Below, in pieces: positions 57,753 to 64,000 of a stretch of 64,000 nucleotides of DNA (position 1 is its first letter; every line of letters begins with the position of its first letter). Both the position numbers and the translations under genes were made by a program. Source of the DNA: a virus; IMG/VR virus record IMGVR_UViG_3300041955_000531, one strand, 5' to 3'. The notes beneath the pieces are model-generated. The model saw only the letters and a program-made list of their open reading frames with translations, was not told the DNA's origin and searched no databases.

Positions 57753-57899
57753 TTAGAAGTTCGGATTGTTGGCTATCTGGTAGGTGATATAAGCATAATA
57801 GCTTGCTACCACCGCTAGGGTAATCAGAGCAAGTGCAAATGCCCGCCATCCGATCTCTGCTATGTGCTTGACTTCTTTGACTTCTCTTTCTACGCTCAT
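57753..57899 (-). CDS. Small membrane protein (48 aa)
   Basis: GAGG RBS; one TM segment. Confidence 0.6.
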   Translation of the reverse strand: MSVEREVKEVKHIAEIGWRAFALALITLAVVASYYAYITYQIANNPNF

Positions 57900-57916
57900 G
57901 TATGCCTCTTTAAACC

Positions 57917-57993
57917 TGGCGGGCCTGGAGAGATTCGAACTCTCTAGTTGGCAGGTTAGAACTCTGCTGCTCGTCCAATCGAGCTTCAAGCCC
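57917..57993 (-). tRNA. tRNA-Arg(TCT), imperfect anticodon stem
   Basis: GCAGA-GT-TCT-AA-CCTGC with an A31/C39 mismatch; GCCA. Confidence 0.75.
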
Positions 57994-58001
57994 GCGAAAC
58001 T

Positions 58002-58081
58002 TGGCGCGCTATGAGAGATTCGAACTCCCGACCCCTCGGTCCGTAGCCGAGTGCTCTTGGTTTCCGCTGAGCTAATAGCGC
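58002..58081 (-). tRNA. tRNA-Arg(ACG)
   Basis: Loop CT-ACG-GA, enlarged D loop, GCCA. Confidence 0.93.
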
Positions 58082-58082
58082 T

Positions 58083-58157
58083 TGGTAGGTTCGGCGGGCA
58101 TCGAACCCGCAACTCCCTGCTTAAAGGGCAGGTACTCTACCATTGAGTTACGAACCT
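58083..58157 (-). tRNA. tRNA-Lys(TTT), C33
   Basis: Stem CCTGC/GCAGG, loop CC-TTT-AA, ACCA. Confidence 0.9.
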
Positions 58158-58160
58158 ACG

Positions 58161-58235
58161 TGGTTGGTAGACCTGGACTCGAACCAGGATCTTGGGGTTC
58201 AAGGCCCCACGTGCTACCATTTGCACCACCTACCA
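58161..58235 (-). tRNA. tRNA-Gln(TTG), C33
   Basis: Stem TGGGG/CCCCA, loop CC-TTG-AA, ACCA. Confidence 0.9.
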
Positions 58236-58238
58236 GTG

Positions 58239-59135
58239 TTACTGTGGCAGGTTGGTTCGTTGCTGGTTTGTATCAGCTGTCCTACCTGGTTCATCTTTCA
58301 TGCGATCAACCAAAGTGGACCTCGTTTCTGGCTTGCCTTTCGACTTCTTACAAATAGCTTCGTACGCGGCCAGAGCGCGATCACGGATGTCTTCATCCGG
58401 ATGCATGTATCCTACTATCTCGAGCGCTTCTCGAGTGTGGTGCCGGAAGTGAATAGGCAGGTTGCCCCACTCCGACGGATACATTTCGAATCTGGTCTCC
58501 AAGTTCATGAACTCTCTGTCCTTCATGTAGTGCGTATCTTCTTTCACGTTCTTCATTACAACCCAACGCAACCAGTGTGTAATTCTTCGGACTTCATCTT
58601 CTGTGGCGATGTCCGATCCGCGCATGGCGCAGAATAAAGCCGACTGCATCTTGCCTGTCAGCTGTAGAACCCAGTCCTGTATTACCCATTCGCCGCGGGC
58701 AATAGGACTGTCATCTTTCAGGCGCTGGATTATATCCACACGATCTTCTGGCAGAATACTCTCGTGCTCTGTCAGATCATGATAGGCCTTCAATGCTTTT
58801 GCCTGGGTCCACTCGTCAGGGTGGAAGAAGGCTATGATAGCCAATGACTGTTTCAGGTGATCGTAGAAGTGTGTCTTCAGACGATCCCATTGCCAAGCAT
58901 CTTGATCCATAAGCGCTTTGATATCAATGAACTCTGTGTCTCTCATGAAATGAGATCTCGGATTGTTCAGCTTGATGCACTGCTTACGGATCCAACGTAC
59001 GACTCTCTTCACTTCTGGTGAATCATCTGAGTCGGCGCCACGGAAAGAGGCAACAAGCTCGGACTGCATACGTCCGGACATGCCGACCTCTTTGATCCAG
59101 TCCTTTAGATTGCACTCGCCTGGCTCGATGATCAT
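58239..59135 (-). CDS. Hypothetical protein made of two tandem homologous helical domains
   Basis: Repeated DW...MQS.L....RG.D...W.R...HF..H....L.I....HPDE pattern. Confidence 0.85.
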   Translation of the reverse strand: MIIEPGECNLKDWIKEVGMSGRMQSELVASFRGADSDDSPEVKRVVRWIRKQCIKLNNPRSHFMRDTEFIDIKALMDQDAWQWDRLKTHFYDHLKQSLAIIAFFHPDEWTQAKALKAYHDLTEHESILPEDRVDIIQRLKDDSPIARGEWVIQDWVLQLTGKMQSALFCAMRGSDIATEDEVRRITHWLRWVVMKNVKEDTHYMKDREFMNLETRFEMYPSEWGNLPIHFRHHTREALEIVGYMHPDEDIRDRALAAYEAICKKSKGKPETRSTLVDRMKDEPGRTADTNQQRTNLPQ

Positions 59136-59473
59136 ACAACTCTCTCAAAGTATTCTATCGCGAACTTCTGTCTTTCTTCTTCTAGCTCGCGTAGTCGTTC
59201 TTTCTCACGCACTAGAGCCTGGGCTTCTGCTATCTTTACAGGATCATGAAACTCCAGCCAGGCTCGCATGTAACAGTCACAGTAGGGAGTACCATTGTGA
59301 TACTCATCTCCTCTCACTGGGAGCATACTCCCTTCGTGGAAGCGATTATCACCTATATGTGCCGTCGCGTGTATCTCAAATGCTCGTTCCCAGATGGGCG
59401 CTGTTTCCTTACGCGCCTGCTCTGTTGGCAGAGGATATCCCTCACCGAGCACTTCTTTTGGGGTCTCTAACAT
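59132..59473 (-). CDS. Hypothetical protein
   Basis: GAGG RBS; ATGA overlap with next gene. Confidence 0.7.
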   Translation of the reverse strand: MLETPKEVLGEGYPLPTEQARKETAPIWERAFEIHATAHIGDNRFHEGSMLPVRGDEYHNGTPYCDCYMRAWLEFHDPVKIAEAQALVREKERLRELEEERQKFAIEYFERVV

Positions 59474-59489
59474 CTGCCCTCTTTAAATC

Positions 59490-59567
59490 TGGTACCGCGT
59501 CAAGGATTTGAACCTCGGACTTCCTCTTTGTAAGAGAGGCACTCTGACCGGACTGAGTTAACACGGC
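59490..59567 (-). tRNA. tRNA-Val(TAC)
   Basis: Loop CT-TAC-AA, ACCA. Confidence 0.94.
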
Positions 59568-59639
59568 ACATAAATCCAAGGCCGACCCCAGATACGGCCG
59601 CCAATGTTGCACTGGGACAGCTGTCGGCACTAATCTCAT

Positions 59640-59710
59640 TGCAGGGTGCTGGAATCGAACCAGCGTCTCCGGTCTTCATGGCCGGTATTCTTCCACTGCA
59701 CCAACCCTAC
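59640..59710 (-). pseudogene. Atypical or pseudo tRNA, anticodon undetermined
   Basis: Good acceptor and T arm (GCTGG-TTCGATT-CCAGC), 9-nt anticodon loop CCATGAAGA, weak D stem, no CCA. Confidence 0.7.
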
Positions 59711-59722
59711 GGCCTGCAGAAC

Positions 59723-59920
59723 TTATTTCACCTTGATTTCGGTGACGGGATAGTTGCTGTATGGAGTCTTCTGTACCGCGGCGAAGACGTCGCCAGTAAG
59801 GCGATCGATTACGTGCTTCACTTCGTCACGCGTCAGATCACGTCTCTTGTTGTTCACTTCGATTGTGATCCTGGTACGGGTGTTTCCATCATCTGCGACT
59901 ACTGTTGCGACTCGTTTCAT
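59723..59920 (-). CDS. Hypothetical protein
   Basis: AAGGAG RBS, 65 aa. Confidence 0.7.
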   Translation of the reverse strand: MKRVATVVADDGNTRTRITIEVNNKRRDLTRDEVKHVIDRLTGDVFAAVQKTPYSNYPVTEIKVK

Positions 59921-59940
59921 GGTCGTCTCCTTAAACTGAT

Positions 59941-60009
59941 TGGGGAATCCGGTCTCGGTCCGGAATCTCCCGGTACTATCCGGGGCTTTCGATCTTAAGC
60001 TATTCCCCA
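59941..60009 (-). ncRNA. tRNA-like cloverleaf with non-canonical loops
   Basis: Four perfect stems; 6-nt anticodon loop ATAGTA; T loop ACCGAGA; no CCA. Confidence 0.7.
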
Positions 60010-60018
60010 GGCTTACAA

Positions 60019-60450
60019 CTATTTCTCACGTGTGTAATGTTGACATTCTTTACACAAGTGATGTAATCCATTGAACTCACTTCTGTTCTTATTGAACTGT
60101 GAAATAGGAAGCATCTTCTTATGCCTACTACACCAGTTCATTCCTTCTGGCCTTTTGATAAAAGGTATGCCTTTTGGTGAATGAGGTCGATCAGGTTTAT
60201 TACAAGCAACATGTGAAAATGCTATGTTATTCAAATCCCAAAAGAGATCTGAACTAATATGTAACCACGGCTTTTTGTGCTCAATAGAAAAGTCTTCGAT
60301 CTTTTCTATTCGTGATCCACACTTGTAACACAGATCCTCATTCAATCTTTGTGCCATTCGAAAGAGCAAACTCTTTCTAAGTTTGGCCATTGCTGTACCA
60401 AACGGCATTCCCAACTGTGATGCCTTCACAGTGTTTGAAGTATTTGGCAT
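60019..60450 (-). CDS. HNH endonuclease with C-terminal Zn module
   Basis: CYKCG...SIEHKKPW...LNNIAFSHVACN; WCSRH...F.KN...GL..LCKEC; AGGAGG RBS; AT-rich. Confidence 0.9.
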   Translation of the reverse strand: MPNTSNTVKASQLGMPFGTAMAKLRKSLLFRMAQRLNEDLCYKCGSRIEKIEDFSIEHKKPWLHISSDLFWDLNNIAFSHVACNKPDRPHSPKGIPFIKRPEGMNWCSRHKKMLPISQFNKNRSEFNGLHHLCKECQHYTREK

Positions 60451-60471
60451 GGATACCCTCCTGCCTTTTAC

Positions 60472-60557
60472 TTGCGGAGGCTGGATTTGAACCAGCGGTG
60501 CCCTTTCGGTTCCAGTTTATGAGACTGGCGACATCGGCCTGACTAGTCGACCCCGCA
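60472..60557 (-). tRNA. tRNA-Met(CAT) with extended variable arm, no encoded CCA
   Basis: TGCGGGG/CTCCGCA acceptor, loop CT-CAT-AA, variable region AACCGAAAGGGCACC. Confidence 0.75.
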
Positions 60558-60572
60558 ACAGAAAATGAAAAT

Positions 60573-60920
60573 GAAATGAACGGCGTGGATTCCCGTCTCC
60601 ACCACGCAATAGCCTTTTCTCAACCGACGGCCACGGGTTCCGTTGAGTACTGCCCGTGTAGAGCAGCCCGCTTTATCCCCGCGCGTTTACTTTCTCCCGC
60701 CTTGACGCCAGCCCTGAATCAACCTCGCTTGACCGTCCCCTACGGGGCGCAGACATCACGAGGGCCCTGCTGACGTTATTATATAGCAAGAGCGTCCTAT
60801 TCCGCCACGTTCATTTCGGAGGGCTCATGACAGGATGCGATCCTAACTCATATCCCTCGTTGCCGCGTCTAGTTCGCGGCCATTACCCTCCATCGACAGG
60901 CATTGACGCCTGCTGGAGGG
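60573..60920 (-). ncRNA. Candidate structured ncRNA region (about 350 nt), unassigned
   Basis: 10-bp closing stem 60573-60582/60808-60817 around a GC-rich 245-nt domain, preceded by three hairpins; no credible ORF. Confidence 0.5.
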
Positions 60921-60928
60921 GATTACGA

Positions 60929-61150
60929 TTAAAGCTTTGCCTTGATCTTCGAGATCTCGGCGAGAACCCAGGTCTTGGCGATAGCTACATCAGCCAGGCC
61001 CTTGCTCTCGAGAACAGCCAGGTCAGTCTTGAGCTCAGCTAACAGCTTCTCCGGCTCACCGATGCCCAACTTCACACCAGCGTAGAAACCGCCGCAGAAT
61101 ACTGCGAGCTCTGCAACTGCTACTAATACAAAAACTCCTAAAGTAACCAT
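60929..61150 (-). CDS. Small membrane-anchored protein (73 aa)
   Basis: AAGGAGG RBS before ATG 61150; N-terminal TM segment. Confidence 0.75.
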   Translation of the reverse strand: MVTLGVFVLVAVAELAVFCGGFYAGVKLGIGEPEKLLAELKTDLAVLESKGLADVAIAKTWVLAEISKIKAKL

Positions 61151-61166
61151 TTGATCTTGTTCCTCC

Positions 61167-61634
61167 TTAAGGAATGTAAGACTTTGTTCTTGAGGGCTCT
61201 GTGCCCAGGTAAACCTTCCGACCTCTGTAAATAGCCACGGGCCTGATATTAGTATAACACGAACTCTCATTGAACAGCAGCTCTAGGCACTTGCCTGGCG
61301 AGCCATACTGATCCAAAGGAGGCTTACTAGCATCGGCACTGAATAACATACTATCACACTTTGTGCTTAAGTCAAAGAGTATAGTCCGGGCTGCTCTTAT
61401 ACCAGCCTGGGCATCATCACAGGTGCCAAGAACGTCTACAAAGACGTGCCAAGTGTCCACCCAGACTCCGAGATCGGAGGGTGGCGGACAAACATATTGA
61501 TTAGAGGGGAGGTCGAAGTCGACCACTGAGCAGTCTGGCTGTAAGGATAACAGCGGTTGCACAAGCTTAATCAGCTCGTCCTTACTGTGAGCCTTTGGGA
61601 GGCTCCAACCATTGCAGGATGGCTTCAAGGTCAA
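61167..61634 (-). CDS. Hypothetical protein; start uncertain, possibly frameshifted
   Basis: Only long ORF in the gap; TTG start has no clear RBS. Confidence 0.35.
   Translation of the reverse strand: MTLKPSCNGWSLPKAHSKDELIKLVQPLLSLQPDCSVVDFDLPSNQYVCPPPSDLGVWVDTWHVFVDVLGTCDDAQAGIRAARTILFDLSTKCDSMLFSADASKPPLDQYGSPGKCLELLFNESSCYTNIRPVAIYRGRKVYLGTEPSRTKSYIP
61243..61259 (-). promoter_or_regulatory. Promoter-like variant TGTTATACTAATATCAG
   Basis: Variant of the recurrent motif, at the head of the tRNA array. Confidence 0.5.
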
Positions 61635-61736
61635 TCTCCAGACCTTTGTCGCTCAGCGCGCCCGGGAAGGGCATCCAAGGCCTATTCTACGCTGGGTCTA
61701 GAGAGGACCTTGGGGCCCTCTATCCCCTAAGTCCTA

Positions 61737-62876
61737 TTATAACAGAGATCGTATGTCCGCCAGGGCTTGCTTTACTGCTGCCAACTGGCCGGCCTGATAC
61801 GGTCCTGCTGTATTCAACTGCTGGTACTGTACTGCCAAGATATTCTGTAGCAAGTTCAAGTCGGCCACCGTCAGGGTCCCGTTCTGCATGTGGGCCACCG
61901 CCGTTTGGATCGCTGTTTGTTGAGTAGTTTCAAATGGTGAAGCCACGCCTTTGATCAAACCAAGGAAGAAGTTCGATATGAAAGTGACATCTGCTGCTGC
62001 GACCGAACCTACTTGAATCGTTGCTGTAGTGGTAAGGGTGCCTACTTCATCTGATGCGGCCGTTATCACTGTCAAGCCAGGTGCTACTGCTGTGACCAGT
62101 CCTGTGTGAGCTCCAACAGTTGCAACACCTGTGACCGAAGAAGACCAATCTGTTACGTTGGTCGTGCCGCCGGTGACCACGCCACCAGCAAGCAGTAATG
62201 TCTGTCCAGCTTCATCGATCTGTGCGCTGGATGGGCTGATAGCAGAGATCGCGAGGATCTTGTATACCGCGGAGCCTACAGCACTATCCAAATAAGTAGC
62301 CGTGCTGTCATAAGCAAGGGCTTTCAGAGTAAGACCGTGTGGTACTTGAACTGTAGTCGCAGCCAGTATTTTGAAGGTGCTTGGGCCAGCTACACCACCT
62401 ACTTCAGTAGGAGTGGTGCCATCAACCGAATAAAAGAAATGAGTTGCATTGGCACTGGTAAGAGTTACTGTCTGTGTTCCAGCGTACAGCCCGGCAACAG
62501 GACTAAACGTCGGTGTGGCCAAAGATGATTGTGTCCCAACGAAGTTGCATGCAAGATCAGTAGTTGTCTCTACTATGTTGACTGGGACAAATGTCCAGCC
62601 AGTCTTGGTTGGTGTTACAGTGACGGTGCCTGTGAGGCCGCCGAAACTGAAAGTTCCAGGTGCGCCTGTGGTTGCACTTGTTTGACCTGTGCAAGCAACT
62701 GTGACACCTGAGATCGGGTTGGTACTGCCGTCAACAATGGTTCCGGAAACGGTATAACCCACAGCCAAATCAACGGGACCAGAATACTGGTAAGAGTCCT
62801 CAGATACAGGAAGATAGACAGCAGGATTGTCTGTCATCTGGACGACTTTCTTGGTGATTACCTTCATGTTAGTCAT
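61737..62876 (-). CDS. Multi-Ig-domain protein (carboxypeptidase-regulatory-like, chitobiase C-terminal/Fn3-associated, Big_2); probable virion decoration
   Basis: TVSGTIVD..NPISGVTV; ATPTFSPVAGLY...FYSVDGTTPT; WSSSVTGVATV...GLVTAVAPG..VITA. Confidence 0.8.
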   Translation of the reverse strand: MTNMKVITKKVVQMTDNPAVYLPVSEDSYQYSGPVDLAVGYTVSGTIVDGSTNPISGVTVACTGQTSATTGAPGTFSFGGLTGTVTVTPTKTGWTFVPVNIVETTTDLACNFVGTQSSLATPTFSPVAGLYAGTQTVTLTSANATHFFYSVDGTTPTEVGGVAGPSTFKILAATTVQVPHGLTLKALAYDSTATYLDSAVGSAVYKILAISAISPSSAQIDEAGQTLLLAGGVVTGGTTNVTDWSSSVTGVATVGAHTGLVTAVAPGLTVITAASDEVGTLTTTATIQVGSVAAADVTFISNFFLGLIKGVASPFETTQQTAIQTAVAHMQNGTLTVADLNLLQNILAVQYQQLNTAGPYQAGQLAAVKQALADIRSLL

Positions 62877-62888
62877 CGGGCTATGTCC

Positions 62889-63998
62889 TCAAGAGCTGAT
62901 TAGTATAGCAGGCGCTGGGGTTGGCACAGGGACCTTAAACTTGGACTTCAGGAACTGAAGGATGTCGTTATGGATCCGTTGAACCTGGTTGATTGACATC
63001 TTCATGGTCTCGGAGATCTGCTTCCAGGGCATCTCCTGGACATAGTACAGGTAGATCAGATGTCTTTCTCTATAGGTCATGTTGGCAAATAGAGGATCTG
63101 TTGTGCCTTCTACCCAGGCCGGCGTGATGGCAGACAGGTCTAAACACTTTGTTACCATCGACATGTCAGCCGCCCAGGAATGACCACTACCGTCTGTGAG
63201 ATCACCATCTGCATGGGGAACATCGCCGGTGTAGTCCATATCTTCTCCGCCCGCGGTTCGATGCTCGAGTTGGAGCATCTTCTCCCACGCGCGCGCTTCG
63301 AGAGTCTTCATCTGTTCATCGATATGTTCCTGTAAGTAGTAACGGAACCATGTCTGAACAAAGTATACGAAGCCGATCGGACCTGAAGAAAGGAACTCTT
63401 TGCTTGGTGGCCACTGTTCAGTGGTCTGGTATCCGATTAGCTTCTTGCCGGCGCCGCGGATGGCATGGATGTAGCCCTTCCGCGCGAGCAAACGAACAGA
63501 GCCAGTTGGATCGTACTTCACTCTCTTCTGGATCTGATCAAGTGTAATGTGCTTGTTCTTCTTGAGCTGGCCGATGAGCTTGACGATCTCTTTGATCTTG
63601 TCGACATAGCTGGGATCATACTTCTTGATGCAGCGGAGGAGCAACGTATTCAGGACGTCATAGACGTCCGTTGCTGTGTGCTGTGGGAATGCCAAGTGCA
63701 AATGCTTTGCCACCCGGGCAAAGGCAGACTTGGCTTGCTCTTGTGTATCCAAGGGCTCGCTGGCTGGTAGGAAATACTTGAGGAAGCGACGCGTATCTCC
63801 ATTGAAATAGTGTTGCTGCGGGAGGTGCCCGGCTACAATCAAGTCAGTATACTTATAGACATAACCATGGAAGTACTTAACTAGCTCGAGGAGTTTATCT
63901 TCCTTGTCTTGGCTATCGTGCATCAACGCATAGTCGATGCCCGCCTGGTTGACGATCTGCAGATCGTTGAACTCACTATCTTTAGGTAGCGGCCACTT
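62889..63998 (-). CDS. Sigma-70-like phage sigma factor (5' end beyond the window)
   Basis: Region 2-like LLELVKYFHGYV...LLRCIKKYDP...FVYFVQTWFRYYL; region 4 HTH MTYRERHLIYLYYVQEMPWKQISETMKMSINQVQRI; frame stays open to the window edge. Confidence 0.85.
   Translation of the reverse strand, partial: KWPLPKDSEFNDLQIVNQAGIDYALMHDSQDKEDKLLELVKYFHGYVYKYTDLIVAGHLPQQHYFNGDTRRFLKYFLPASEPLDTQEQAKSAFARVAKHLHLAFPQHTATDVYDVLNTLLLRCIKKYDPSYVDKIKEIVKLIGQLKKNKHITLDQIQKRVKYDPTGSVRLLARKGYIHAIRGAGKKLIGYQTTEQWPPSKEFLSSGPIGFVYFVQTWFRYYLQEHIDEQMKTLEARAWEKMLQLEHRTAGGEDMDYTGDVPHADGDLTDGSGHSWAADMSMVTKCLDLSAITPAWVEGTTDPLFANMTYRERHLIYLYYVQEMPWKQISETMKMSINQVQRIHNDILQFLKSKFKVPVPTPAPAILISS
62896..62910 (-). promoter_or_regulatory. 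Promoter-like motif TGCTATACTAATCAG
   Basis: Exact 12-mer with extended TG, about 20 nt upstream of the 62876 start. Confidence 0.65.
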
Positions 63999-64000
63999 GG

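Noticed and set aside
57917-57993. Possible amber suppressor (CTA), and possible opal reading (TCA) at 50750, implying stop-codon recoding
   Set aside because: Stem register places TCT and TTC at positions 34-36; long genes are intact in the standard code and TAG ends HNH genes (45615, 60019).
50826-60773. ORF-track entries overlapping tRNAs (for example 51906..52451, 54158..54487, 58082..58357, 59639..59998) and 5' extensions such as MRVRFP and MRVRIS
   Set aside because: These are translations of tRNA sequence; true starts were reassigned downstream of the tRNAs.
1-64000. CRISPR array or regularly spaced repeat array
   Set aside because: None seen; recurring short motifs are tRNA T arms, 3' trailers and promoter-like elements.

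Overview
This is a 64-kb segment of a large (jumbo-type) contractile-tailed bacteriophage genome using the standard genetic code. Positions 1-45.6 kb form one + strand, translationally coupled virion operon. It encodes tail-tube-like proteins, tail chaperones, an inserted IscA/ErpA Fe-S carrier and a 1639-aa tape-measure/ejection-like protein with an N-terminal DEDDh exonuclease. It also encodes a 1589-aa protein carrying the motifs of a single-chain two-barrel RNA polymerase, a hub protein with a lytic-transglycosylase motif, gp25- and J-like baseplate proteins, and many fibre or receptor-binding proteins. Positions 45.6-64 kb are almost entirely - strand and form a translation/RNA island. 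It holds a tmRNA, 26 tRNA genes with readable anticodons, 2 atypical tRNA-like elements, tRNA remnants, Pth2, a Dbr1-like metallophosphoesterase, an ExoV-like pyruvyltransferase with a glycosyltransferase, five free-standing HNH/EndoVII genes, several unassigned structured RNAs and a phage sigma factor truncated by the window edge. The strongest leads are: (1) HNH + replacement-tRNA cassettes that split or displace a resident tRNA of the same isotype; (2) U33-to-C substitution in six tRNAs, including all three UUN-anticodon tRNAs; (3) a putative virion RNA polymerase and exonuclease ejection module; (4) unusual tRNA architectures and large orphan ncRNAs. All family assignments come from motif recognition by eye; no database search or folding program was run.
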